Shown: positions 17,838-28,540 of the stretch, one piece after another
Numbering within the stretch: position 1 is the stretch's first letter
Layout of the letters: the number at the start of each line of letters is the position of its first letter
From: Bacillota bacterium
GTDB taxonomy: Bacteria; Bacillota; Sulfobacillia; JAJYWN01; JAJZPE01
Direction: 5' to 3'
DNA length: 63,376 nucleotides
Assembly (NCBI GenBank): GCA_021811325.1
Contig: JAJZPE010000004.1
Location: 1 to 63,376, forward strand
Notes under the pieces: generated by a model
Databases searched by the model: none
The model's input: only the letters and a program-made list of their open reading frames with translations
Told to the model about the DNA's origin: nothing
Position numbers and translations under genes: made by a program

Positions 17838-19481
17838 ATGGAGTTCTATCGTTCTCACGTCCTGGTCTGTGCCGGGACCAACTGCTCCCTCAAGGGCAAC
17901 CGAGCCGTCCGGGAAGCGCTGGTCCAGGAAGTCGCCCGCAGGAAGCTGGATAGAGAGGTCAAGGTCGTCGAGACCGGCTGCTTCGGTCTTTGCGAGCAAG
18001 GGCCGACGATCGTCATCTACCCCGAAGGGGTGCTCTACTGCCAGACCACGGTGGCCGACATCCCCGAAATCGTCGAGACCCACCTCCTCAAGGGGCGCCT
18101 GGTACAACGGTTGCTCTACAAGGAGCCCGTGGCCACCAAGCCCGTACAGACGGCGCCCGAGCTTGATTACTTCAAGAGGCAGGTCCGCGTGGTCCTCAGG
18201 AACTGCGGCCTGATCAACCCCGAGGTCGTCGAGGAGTACCTCGCCCAGGGCGGGTACCAGGCCCTCGGTAAGGCCCTGACGACGATGAGCCCCGACGAGG
18301 TCATCGCTACCATCAAGAACGCGAAGCTCCGCGGGCGTGGCGGGGCCGGCTTCCCGACCGGTCTCAAGTGGGAGTTCGCCCGCAAGGCGGCCGGGTCCCG
18401 GAAGTACATCGTCGGCAACGCCGACGAGGGCGAGCCGGGCACCTTCAAGGACCGCCTCATCCTCGAGGGCGACCCCCACAGCGTCCTGGAGGGCATGGCC
18501 ATCGCCGGCTACGCCGTCGGGGCCGACTACGGCTACATCTATATCCGTGGGGAGTACACCCTCTCCATCAAGCGCCTCAAGCTGGCCATCGAGCAGGCCC
18601 GCAAGCTCGGACTGCTGGGCCGGGACATCTTCGGCTCCGGCTTCGACTTCGACGTCGAGATCCGCACCGGCGCCGGAGCCTATGTCTGCGGCGAAGAGAC
18701 CGCCCTCTTCGAGTCGCTCGAAGGCGGCCGCGGCGAGCCGCGGGTCAAGCCGCCGTACCCGACCGACGCCGGCCTCTTCGGTCAACCGACCTCCATCAAC
18801 AACGTCGAGACCCTGGCCAACGTGGCCCCGATCATCAGCCGCGGGGCCGACTGGTTCCGCAGCCTCGGCACCGAACGGACCCCGGGGACCAAGGTCTTCA
18901 CCCTCACCGGCGACATCGTCAACGAGGGTCTCATCGAGGTGCCCATGGGGATCACCCTCCGCGAGGTCATCTACGACATCGGCGGCGGGACCAAGGACGG
19001 AAAGACCTTCAAGATGGCCCAGACCGGCGGGACCTCAGGCGGCTGCCTGCCCCAGGAACTCCTGGATGTGCCGATGGACTACGACAACCTGGCCGCGGCC
19101 GGATCGGCCCTCGGTTCTGGCGCGCTGCTGATCATGGACGATACCCACTGCATCGTCGACGTGGCCAAGTGCTTCGCCCGGTTCTTCGAACACGAGTCGT
19201 GCGGCAAGTGCGTCCCCTGCCGAGAGGGGACCATGCGCCTGTATCAACTGGTCGACAAGATCACCCGCGGGGAGGCCGACGAGGGGACCATCCCGCTCAT
19301 CACCGCCTTGGCCGAGATGATGTACAAGTCGCCCCTCTGCCCGCTCGGGCAGACGGCCCCCCTACCCATCATGTCCACCCTCAAATACTTCCGGGACGAG
19401 TACGACGCCCACATCAACGAAAAGCGCTGCCCGACCGGGACCTGCAAGGCCATCGCGGCCAGGGTCCAGGTCGCGGACTAG
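17838..19481 (+). CDS. hydB: HydB/NuoF-like subunit, module 2 (short form)
   Basis: LRGRGGAGFP, NADEGEPGTFKDR, CGEET, ESCGKCVPC; ends after CPTGTC with no C-terminal 2x[4Fe-4S] domain. Confidence 0.88.
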   Translation: MEFYRSHVLVCAGTNCSLKGNRAVREALVQEVARRKLDREVKVVETGCFGLCEQGPTIVIYPEGVLYCQTTVADIPEIVETHLLKGRLVQRLLYKEPVATKPVQTAPELDYFKRQVRVVLRNCGLINPEVVEEYLAQGGYQALGKALTTMSPDEVIATIKNAKLRGRGGAGFPTGLKWEFARKAAGSRKYIVGNADEGEPGTFKDRLILEGDPHSVLEGMAIAGYAVGADYGYIYIRGEYTLSIKRLKLAIEQARKLGLLGRDIFGSGFDFDVEIRTGAGAYVCGEETALFESLEGGRGEPRVKPPYPTDAGLFGQPTSINNVETLANVAPIISRGADWFRSLGTERTPGTKVFTLTGDIVNEGLIEVPMGITLREVIYDIGGGTKDGKTFKMAQTGGTSGGCLPQELLDVPMDYDNLAAAGSALGSGALLIMDDTHCIVDVAKCFARFFEHESCGKCVPCREGTMRLYQLVDKITRGEADEGTIPLITALAEMMYKSPLCPLGQTAPLPIMSTLKYFRDEYDAHINEKRCPTGTCKAIAARVQVAD

Positions 19482-19505
19482 CCGCCGGAAAGGGAGGGAA
19501 AAGTG

Positions 19506-21230
19506 ATGGACATGGTGACCTTGACCATTGACGGTCGTAAGGTCCAGGTGGCCAAAGGGGCCACCATCCTCGAGGCGGCGAAGGCCGCCGGCATCAGCAT
19601 CCCGACCCTGTGCCACCACCCCGACCAGGCGGTGAAGGCCGTCTGCCGGGTCTGCATCGTCGAGATCCAGGGACAGCGGACGTTCCAGGCCGCCTGCGCC
19701 TATCCCGCCGGGGAAGGGATGGTCGTCAAGACCAACACCCCGGCCGTGCGGGAGGCCCGCAAGCTCATCGTCGAACTGATCCTGTCCCGCCATCCCCAGG
19801 ATTGCCTGAAGTGCGAGAAGAACCTCCACTGCGAACTCCAGGAACTGGCCGAGAACCTCGGCATCCGCGACGTCCGCTTCGAGCAGGAGGTCAGGGAGTT
19901 CGCCGAGGACCATTCGACCCCGTCGATCGTTCGCGACCCGTCGAAGTGCATCCTCTGCCGCCGCTGCGTCTATACCTGTCACGAGGTCCAGGGCGTGGGG
20001 GTCCTCTACCCGATCAACCGGGGCAAGGACGCCATCGTCGCCCCGGCCATGGATAAGGACCTGGCCGACCTGGCCTGCGCCCTGTGCGGCCAGTGCACCC
20101 TGGTCTGCCCGACCGGGGCCATCACCGAGCGGGACGATACGGCCAAGGTCTGGGCGGCCATCGCCGACCCGCAGAAGCATGTGGTCGTGCAGACCGCTCC
20201 GGCCACCCGGGCCACCCTCGGCGAGGAGATGGGGCTGCCGGCCGGGACCCTGGTCACCGGGAAGCTCGTCGCGGCCTTGCGGCGGCTGGGTTTCGACCGG
20301 GTCTTCGACACCGACTTCACGGCCGACCTGACCATCCTCGAAGAGGGCTCCGAGCTCATCGAGCGGGTCAAGACAGGCGGCAAGCTGCCGCTCATCACGT
20401 CGTGCAGCCCGGGCTGGATCAAGTTCATCGAACACTACTACCCGGACCTTTTGCCGCACCTGTCGACCTGCAAGTCGCCGCAGCAGATGTTCGGGGCCCT
20501 GGCCAAGACCTACTACGCCGAGAAGGCCGGGATCAACCCCAAGGACATCTTCGTCGTCTCGATCATGCCGTGCACGGCCAAGAAGTTCGAGGGCCAGCGG
20601 CCGGAGATGAACGATAGCGGCTACCAGGACGTGGACGTCGTCCTCACCTCGCGCGAGCTCGGCCGGATGATGCGCCAGGCCGGCCTCGACTTCGAGCACC
20701 TGCCGGAGGAGGACTACGACTTGCCGCTGGGCATCTCCACCGGGGCCGCGGCCATCTTCGGGGCCACCGGCGGGGTCATGGAGGCCGCCCTCCGCACCGC
20801 TTACGAACTCCTGACCGGCAAGACCCTCGAGGACGTCGACTTCAAGGCCGTCCGCGGCATGGAGTCGATCAAGGAAGCCGCCGTCCCCGTGGACGGGCTG
20901 AACGTGAAGGTGGCCGTCGCCCACGGCCTCAACAACGCCCGCAAGCTCATGGATAAGCTGGCGGCGGGGCAGGCCGACTACCACTTCATCGAGATCATGT
21001 GCTGCCCCGGTGGCTGCATCGGCGGCGGCGGCCAACCCTTCGGGACCAACAACGCCATCCGCGGGAAGCGTATCGACGCCATCTACCGCGAGGACCAGCG
21101 GATGGAGTTCCGCAAGTCGCACGAGAACCCGGTCATCAAGCAACTCTACGCCGAGTACCTCGGGCGCCCATTGGGCGAAAAATCCCACCATCTCCTGCAC
21201 ACTCACTACACGCCACGGAGCAAATACTAA
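19506..21230 (+). CDS. hydA: [FeFe]-hydrogenase catalytic subunit HydA (group A3), module 2
   Basis: TSCSPGW, MPCTAKKFE, EIMCCPGGCIGGGGQP; same F-cluster set as module 1. Confidence 0.92.
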   Translation: MDMVTLTIDGRKVQVAKGATILEAAKAAGISIPTLCHHPDQAVKAVCRVCIVEIQGQRTFQAACAYPAGEGMVVKTNTPAVREARKLIVELILSRHPQDCLKCEKNLHCELQELAENLGIRDVRFEQEVREFAEDHSTPSIVRDPSKCILCRRCVYTCHEVQGVGVLYPINRGKDAIVAPAMDKDLADLACALCGQCTLVCPTGAITERDDTAKVWAAIADPQKHVVVQTAPATRATLGEEMGLPAGTLVTGKLVAALRRLGFDRVFDTDFTADLTILEEGSELIERVKTGGKLPLITSCSPGWIKFIEHYYPDLLPHLSTCKSPQQMFGALAKTYYAEKAGINPKDIFVVSIMPCTAKKFEGQRPEMNDSGYQDVDVVLTSRELGRMMRQAGLDFEHLPEEDYDLPLGISTGAAAIFGATGGVMEAALRTAYELLTGKTLEDVDFKAVRGMESIKEAAVPVDGLNVKVAVAHGLNNARKLMDKLAAGQADYHFIEIMCCPGGCIGGGGQPFGTNNAIRGKRIDAIYREDQRMEFRKSHENPVIKQLYAEYLGRPLGEKSHHLLHTHYTPRSKY

Positions 21231-21264
21231 AACGAGGGTCGTCCTCCCCCGGGGATGACGGAGC

Positions 21265-21297
21265 GGGGCCACGCCGCCTGCCGACGTGGCCCCCTTT
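21265..21297 (+). terminator. Hairpin after hydA2, possible weak terminator
   Basis: GGGGCCACG-N11-CGTGGCCCC followed by CTTT. Confidence 0.4.
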
Positions 21298-21340
21298 CCC
21301 CGGGGGTGAAGGGATGGCCGCGCCAGGGGGTGGACATGAA

Positions 21341-22813
<1,473 letters not shown>

Positions 22814-22816
22814 ACA

Positions 22817-24040
22817 ATGGAGGCCACACCGCGTGGCGACCGGCTCCACATCGCCATCTTCGGCCGCCGCAACGCCGGCAAGTCCAGCCTCATCAACGCC
22901 CTGTCCAACCAGGACGTGGCCATCGTCTCGCCGGAGCCGGGGACGACTACCGACCCCGTCTACCGGCCGATGGAGTTATTGCCCATCGGGCCGGTGGTCC
23001 TCATCGACACGGCGGGCATCGACGATCCCGGCGACCTGGGGCAGCTCCGCGTTCGAAGCACGCTCCGGGTGCTGAACAAGACCGACCTCGCCCTCCTCGT
23101 CATCGACGCCACCAGGGGCCCCGGGGAGGACGAGAAGAGCCTGGTCAACCGGCTCAAAGACCGCGCCATCCCGGTGATCGGCACGGTCAACAAGGTCGAC
23201 CTGGTCCGCCGGCCGGACGACTGGGCGGGCTGGGCCGATGAATTGGGGACCGAGATGGTCCCGGTGAGCGGGAGGACGGGCGAAGGGCTAGAGGACCTGA
23301 AGCGGCGGATGATCGACCGCGCCCCGAGCGACTGGGCCGCTCCGGCCATCGTCGGCGACCTTCTCGACCCGGGGGACCTGGTGGTCCTGGTCGTCCCGGT
23401 CGACCTGGCCGCCCCCAAGGGCCGGCTCATCCTGCCACAAGTCCAGACCCTGCGAGACGTCCTCGACCACGACGCCTACGCCGTCGTGGCCAAGGAGTAC
23501 GAGTTGCGGGAGGCCATCGAGAACCAGGTCACGCGGCCGAAGCTGGTGGTCACGGACTCACAGGCCTTCCTCAAGGTGGCGGCGGACACGCCCCCGGACG
23601 TCATGCTGACCTCCTTCTCCATCCTCTTTGCGAGGTACAAGGGGGACCTCGAGGAACTCGTGGCCGGGGCCAGGGCCGTCGACTCCCTGCGACCGGGCGA
23701 CCGCGTCCTCATCGCCGAGGCCTGTACCCACCACCGGATGGCCGACGACATCGGCCGGGTCAAGATTCCGCGCTGGCTACGCCAGCGGGTCGGAGGAGAC
23801 CTCGAATTCCACTGGGTCTCCGGGGTCAAGTACCCGGACGACCTGGAGTCGTACCGGCTGGTCGTCCATTGCGGGGCGTGCATGATCAACCGGAGGGAGA
23901 TGCTCTCGAGAATCGGGGAAGCGAAGGCCCGGGGAGTCCCCATCGTCAATTATGGTGTCCTCATCGCCTACCTCCTCGGGCTCCTCCCGCGTGCCCTTGA
24001 ACCTTTTCCGGCAGCCAGACAGGTGATCGTTGAGGGTTGA
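22817..24040 (+). CDS. hydF: [FeFe]-hydrogenase H-cluster maturation GTPase HydF
   Basis: GRRNAGKSS, DTAG, NKVD, EACTHH and HCGACM motifs. Confidence 0.92.
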   Translation: MEATPRGDRLHIAIFGRRNAGKSSLINALSNQDVAIVSPEPGTTTDPVYRPMELLPIGPVVLIDTAGIDDPGDLGQLRVRSTLRVLNKTDLALLVIDATRGPGEDEKSLVNRLKDRAIPVIGTVNKVDLVRRPDDWAGWADELGTEMVPVSGRTGEGLEDLKRRMIDRAPSDWAAPAIVGDLLDPGDLVVLVVPVDLAAPKGRLILPQVQTLRDVLDHDAYAVVAKEYELREAIENQVTRPKLVVTDSQAFLKVAADTPPDVMLTSFSILFARYKGDLEELVAGARAVDSLRPGDRVLIAEACTHHRMADDIGRVKIPRWLRQRVGGDLEFHWVSGVKYPDDLESYRLVVHCGACMINRREMLSRIGEAKARGVPIVNYGVLIAYLLGLLPRALEPFPAARQVIVEG

Positions 24041-24060
24041 ATGACCCCTCCGGACCTTCC

Positions 24061-24097
24061 GGGACCCCCCTCAGAAATGAGCGGCGGGTCCCTTTTT
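24061..24097 (+). terminator. Rho-independent terminator of the hydrogenase region
   Basis: GGGACCC..CTCA-GAAA-TGAG..GGGTCCC followed by TTTTT. Confidence 0.7.
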
Positions 24098-24312
24098 CGC
24101 TTCACTTCCCTTGTAAAATGTGGTAAGATACAAGTGACAGTTGAGGACCAGACGCCGGTATTTAAGCAACACTTCACCCAGACCTTGCCTTGTGAAAGCG
24201 GGAACTAGTGAAGGGATTTCCGGGGGGTGGTCGGTGAGGTGAAGGCTCGAGACCTCGTTGGACGCCCGGGCCCGTCGAGCTAGAAAAGAAGAGAGGAGCG
24301 AGGTGAAGGAGA

Positions 24313-24522
24313 ATGGACGAACGGATTAGACCCTGGATGGTCCCCACTGCACTAGCCGCCTGTTTCCCGCTCGGGCTGTATCTGTTGTGGACCGGAAACC
24401 ACTTCAACACCGCCGGCAAGGTGGCCCTGACCGTGGCCACGGCTGCCCTTTCTCCCGCGCTCGTCCTCGTGGCTGCACCGGTCCTCCTGACTGGGGCCGT
24501 GCGGCTCCTGGCCCTGGCCTGA
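24313..24522 (+). CDS. Small (69 aa) membrane protein
   Basis: Strong GAAGGAG RBS; two hydrophobic segments (FPLGLYLLW..). Confidence 0.6.
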   Translation: MDERIRPWMVPTALAACFPLGLYLLWTGNHFNTAGKVALTVATAALSPALVLVAAPVLLTGAVRLLALA

Positions 24523-24646
24523 ATGGGCCGCGGCCGTCCCGACCGCCCCATGGACGAAGCAGGGGAGGCGTCGTAGACGCCTCCCCTGTTTCCGCCGACC
24601 GGCCGCGCAGCGGCCGGTTGATGTCGTGATGGAGCTTGTCCGGAAC

Positions 24647-24898
24647 TCAGACGGCCCGGCTTTGCATGGCTTCGATGCAATTACGGCAGACGCGCTTACC
24701 GCGGAAGTTCTCCACGTTCTGGGCGTTGCCGCAAAAGATGCAAGCCGGCTCGTACTTCCGAAGGATGATCTTATCCGAGTCGACGTAGATCTCAAGGGCG
24801 TCTTTCTCTTCGATGTCGAGGGTGCGGCGGAGTTCGATTGGAATAACGACCCGTCCTAGCTCGTCGACTTTGCGGACGATACCCGTGGACTTCATCAT
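24647..24898 (-). CDS. abrB: AbrB transition-state regulator
   Basis: MKSTGIVRKVDELGRVVIPIELRRTL; C-terminal CIFC..VC..C as in clostridial AbrB. Confidence 0.92.
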   Translation of the reverse strand: MMKSTGIVRKVDELGRVVIPIELRRTLDIEEKDALEIYVDSDKIILRKYEPACIFCGNAQNVENFRGKRVCRNCIEAMQSRAV

Positions 24899-24926
24899 GC
24901 CCGGCTTCCCTCCCTTTTCTACAAGG

Positions 24927-24974
24927 TTCGACACTGTCCGTATAGACTATACCAATAATGCCAGAAAAAGTCAA
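24927..24974 (-). promoter_or_regulatory. abrB SigA promoter with a downstream Spo0A box
   Basis: Minus strand TTGACT-17bp-TATAGT with TG extension; TGTCGAA at 24933-24927 just downstream of the inferred TSS. Confidence 0.75.
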
Positions 24975-25151
24975 CCATAAAATGAGGTCCTACCTCCCCT
25001 TTTCTCCTCTCCCTTCCCAGCCGTGGCGGGAGCTAAAAACCCTGGGTGTGATGCCCTTAGGCAGACTCCCTGGCGGGGTGGTCGACGGTCGTTGAAAGCC
25101 TTTCCGGTAAACCTTAGGCAGGCTGGCCCTTCGTGAGGCGAAGGACTGAAA

Positions 25152-25168
25152 TTCGACAGGATTCGACA
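25152..25168 (-). promoter_or_regulatory. Tandem Spo0A (0A) boxes
   Basis: TTCGACA at 25152-25158 and 25162-25168 (TGTCGAA on minus strand), 10-bp period. Confidence 0.6.
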
Positions 25169-25232
25169 CAACCGCCCAGACGTTACTACCTTCGGAAGGG
25201 CACCCTGTTTTTGGGTCGGTCGCCGGCCGCCC

Positions 25233-25261
25233 TTGACAGGCGCGCCCGGCTGCCATATATT
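25233..25261 (+). promoter_or_regulatory. SigA promoter of the T-box/metG leader
   Basis: TTGACA-17bp-TATATT. Confidence 0.75.
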
Positions 25262-25289
25262 GAGGATAAACACCGACCAGAGAAATAGG

Positions 25290-25580
25290 TTTGAAAGACC
25301 GTGAAGAGGAAGAGTAGCCCCGCCGAGCGGGTCGCAGAGAGCCGGATCAGGTGCGAGCCGGCCCCGGGGAGCGAGGCGAACATGGCCCCTGAGTCGTCGG
25401 CTGAACGGTCGTCGCGGTGAGCGGCGCCCCAGTAGGCTTGACCGCCTGGCCGCCGTTAACCGGCCAGGGTCTCCGCCGTCCGGCGGGTACCTGTCGAGGG
25501 CTGTGCCGCGAGGTGCGGCCGAATTGGGTGGTAACGCGTAGGGAAATCCCACGCCCCTTGGAGGGCGTGGGATTTTTGTT
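25290..25580 (+). ncRNA. Met-specific T-box riboswitch leader
   Basis: GAGTAG and AGAGAG motifs, specifier GAAC-ATG-G (25382-25384), T-box AATTGGGTGGTAACGCG (25522-25538), terminator AATCCCACGCCC..GGGCGTGGGATTTTT. Confidence 0.92.
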
Positions 25581-25649
25581 CTCCCGGCGCCCGACGGTCA
25601 GAACCTCTTCGGCTGGGCGGGTCAGCACCCCGTAAGGGAGGAAGCGACG

Positions 25650-27602
25650 ATGAAGGAGAAGCTCAAGGGGAACGGCAAGAAAGGGACCTTCTACATCACC
25701 ACGCCCATCTACTACACCAACGACAACCTGCACATCGGGCACACCTACACGACGGTGGCGGCCGACGCCATCGCCCGGTTCCGCCGGCTGCAGGGGCGGG
25801 ACACCTTCTTCCTCACCGGCACCGACGAGCACGGTCAGAAAGTCCAGCGCCGGGCCGAAGCAAGTGGCAAGGACCCGAAGGCCTACGTGGACGCCATCGT
25901 CGAGCGGATCAAGGCCCTTTGGGCCAAGATGGGGATCTCCTACGACCACTTCATTCGGACGACCGACCCGGGTCACGAGTGGGTCGTCCAGCAGATCTTC
26001 GAGAAGATCCAGGCCAAGGGGGACATCTACAAGGCCGAGTACGAGGGCTGGTACTGCACCGGCTGCGAGGCTTTCTTCACCGAGACCCAGTACAAGGACC
26101 TCGGCGGGCGTTGCCCCGACCACGACGCCCCCCTCGAGCGCCTGCGTGAGGAGAGCTACTTCTTCCGGCTGGGCAAGTACGCCGACCGGCTCCTCAAGCA
26201 CATCGAGACGCACCCCGAGTTCATCCAGCCGGTGTCCAGGCGCAACGAGATCGTCAGCTTCATCAAGCAAGGCCTGGAGGACCTGTGCGTCTCGCGGACG
26301 ACTTTCTCCTGGGGCATCCCCATCGCCTCCGACCCGAGGCACGTCATCTACGTTTGGTTCGACGCCCTCTCCAATTACATCACGGCCATCGGCTACCTGA
26401 CCGACGAGGAGAAGTTCCGCCACTACTGGCCGGCCGACGTGCACCTCATCGGCAAGGAGATCACCCGCTTCCACTGCATCATCTGGCCGATCATCCTGAT
26501 GGCCCTCGACCTGCCGCTGCCGAGGCGGGTCTTCGGCCATGGCTGGCTTCAACTGGAGAGCGGCAAGATGTCGAAGTCGCGGGGGAACGTCATCGACCCG
26601 CTGGTCCTCATCGACAAGTACGGTGTGGACGCGGTCCGCTATTACCTCCTCCGGGAGATCCCCTTCGGCGCCGACGGTTTCTACACCGAGGACGCGCTTA
26701 TCCTGAGGACCAACGTCGACCTGGCCAACGACTTGGGGAACCTCCTCAGCCGGACGACGGCCATGATCAACCAGGCCTTCGGCGGGCGCATCCCGGAGCC
26801 CGGGCCGGCTGAGGCCATCGACCGGGAACTCCCCGAACTGGCCAAGAGCGTTCTCGGCGAAGTCGAGACGGCCATCGACAACCTCGAGATCAGCGGGGCC
26901 CTGACGGCCCTCTGGAAGCTGATTGACCGGTCCAACAAGTACATCGACGAGACCAGCCCGTGGGCGCTCGCCCGGGACGAGAAGACCAGGGGGCGCGCGG
27001 GCACGGTCCTCTATAACCTGGCCGAGACCCTGCGCATCCTGGGCGTCGCCCTGACCCCGTTCCTCCTCGAAGCCCCGCGTGAGATCTGGAAGCAACTCGG
27101 CCTGGACGCCGACGTGACCAAGGCGGCTTGGGACGAGGCCAAGGCATGGGGCAAACTCCCGCCCGGCGCCCCCGTGCGGCGCGGCCTGCCCCTCTTCCCC
27201 CGCATCGAGACCAAGGATGCGACGGCCAACGAGGCCGGGAAAGAGACCGCTCCGACGGCACCGACGGCGCCGCCGCTCATCTCCATCGATGACTTCAGGA
27301 AGCTCGACCTCCGCGTGGCCCGCGTTCTGGCGGCCGAACGGGTGGCCGGGGCCGACAAGCTCCTCCGCCTGGAAGTCCAGGTCGGGAGGGAGAAACGGCA
27401 GATCGTCGCCGGCATCGCCAAACACTATGAACCCGAGGCGCTCATCGGCCAGGACATCGTCGTCGTCGCCAACCTGCGACCGGCCAAGATCCGCGGCCTG
27501 GAGTCCAACGGCATGCTCCTGGCCGCCTCGACGGAGGACGGGAGCCAGCTCGGCGTGGTCACGCCGGAACGCCCGGTGCCGCCGGGGAGCCGGGTCAAGT
27601 GA
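25650..27602 (+). CDS. metG: Methionyl-tRNA synthetase with C-terminal OB tRNA-binding domain
   Basis: TTPIYY, HIGH and KMSKS motifs. Confidence 0.97.
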   Translation: MKEKLKGNGKKGTFYITTPIYYTNDNLHIGHTYTTVAADAIARFRRLQGRDTFFLTGTDEHGQKVQRRAEASGKDPKAYVDAIVERIKALWAKMGISYDHFIRTTDPGHEWVVQQIFEKIQAKGDIYKAEYEGWYCTGCEAFFTETQYKDLGGRCPDHDAPLERLREESYFFRLGKYADRLLKHIETHPEFIQPVSRRNEIVSFIKQGLEDLCVSRTTFSWGIPIASDPRHVIYVWFDALSNYITAIGYLTDEEKFRHYWPADVHLIGKEITRFHCIIWPIILMALDLPLPRRVFGHGWLQLESGKMSKSRGNVIDPLVLIDKYGVDAVRYYLLREIPFGADGFYTEDALILRTNVDLANDLGNLLSRTTAMINQAFGGRIPEPGPAEAIDRELPELAKSVLGEVETAIDNLEISGALTALWKLIDRSNKYIDETSPWALARDEKTRGRAGTVLYNLAETLRILGVALTPFLLEAPREIWKQLGLDADVTKAAWDEAKAWGKLPPGAPVRRGLPLFPRIETKDATANEAGKETAPTAPTAPPLISIDDFRKLDLRVARVLAAERVAGADKLLRLEVQVGREKRQIVAGIAKHYEPEALIGQDIVVVANLRPAKIRGLESNGMLLAASTEDGSQLGVVTPERPVPPGSRVK

Positions 27603-28438
27603 GGCCCGAGACCGCTGAGCCCGAGAGCCTGAAGCCCGAGACCGCGCCGCCGGTCGTCGAGACCCATTGTCACCTTGACCTCGAGGCCTACGCCGGGGAC
27701 CGCCGGGAAGTCATCCGGCGGGCCCGGCAGGCCGGAGTGGTCGGGTTCGTCAACGTCGGTTTCAACCTGGAAAGCTCGGTCAGGTCCGTCGCCCTGGCCC
27801 GCGAGCACCCCGATTTCTGGGCGGCCGTGGGCATCCATCCGCACGACGCCCGCGAGGCCAGTCCCGAGGCCCTCGCACGCCTTCGTGACCTGAGCGCCGA
27901 AGCCCGCGTGGTGGCCATCGGCGAGATCGGGCTCGACTACTACCGTGACCTATCGCCTCGGCCGGAGCAGCGCGAGGCTTTCCGGCGCCAGCTCCGGCTG
28001 GCCCGGGAGCTCAGGAAGCCGGTCATCATCCACGACCGCGACGCCCACGACGAGGTCTTGAAGATCCTCGAGGAGGAGGCCGCCGGTCTGACCGTCGTCC
28101 TCCACTGCTTCTCCGGGGATGCGGCGATGGCCGCGCGATGCCTGGAGATGGGCTACTTCATCGCCCTTGGCGGGGCGGTCACCTTCGGGAACGGGCAACG
28201 GGCCCGGGAGGTCGCGGCGATGATGCCCCTCGACCGCCTGCTCCTCGAGACCGACTCGCCGTACCTCTCGCCGGACCCTTGCCGCGGGCAGCGCAACGAG
28301 CCGGCGCGCGTCGCCCTGGTGGCCCGGAAGGTCGCCGAGGTCAAAGGGATGGATGTGGCGCGGGTGGCTCGGGACACCACGCGGACCGCGGCCCGAGCCC
28401 TCGGCCTGTCCGGTCTGGCCGCCCGACGGTCCGGCTGA
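27599..28438 (+). CDS. tatD: TatD family hydrolase
   Basis: ETHCHLD, GIHPH, GEIGLDYY, IIHDRDA, VLHCFSG, ETDSP. Confidence 0.93.
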   Translation: MRPETAEPESLKPETAPPVVETHCHLDLEAYAGDRREVIRRARQAGVVGFVNVGFNLESSVRSVALAREHPDFWAAVGIHPHDAREASPEALARLRDLSAEARVVAIGEIGLDYYRDLSPRPEQREAFRRQLRLARELRKPVIIHDRDAHDEVLKILEEEAAGLTVVLHCFSGDAAMAARCLEMGYFIALGGAVTFGNGQRAREVAAMMPLDRLLLETDSPYLSPDPCRGQRNEPARVALVARKVAEVKGMDVARVARDTTRTAARALGLSGLAARRSG

Positions 28439-28540
28439 GGTCGCGAAAGCCGGGCCGCGTGGAGGGATGCGGCCGCGCCGCGACGAAAAGGACAAGCGGG
28501 GCACGACTCACTGACCGGCGCGACGACTGGAGGACTGGCG

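Noticed and set aside
24185-24235. GGGAA..GTGAA..TTCC stretch resembling a cobalamin riboswitch core
   Set aside because: The other conserved B12-box elements are missing and the downstream gene is unrelated
27221-27275. Short ccgacggc(a/g)ccg repeats in metG and the gagcctga/gagaccg repeats at the tatD start
   Set aside because: They encode low-complexity Pro/Thr/Ala linkers; ordinary
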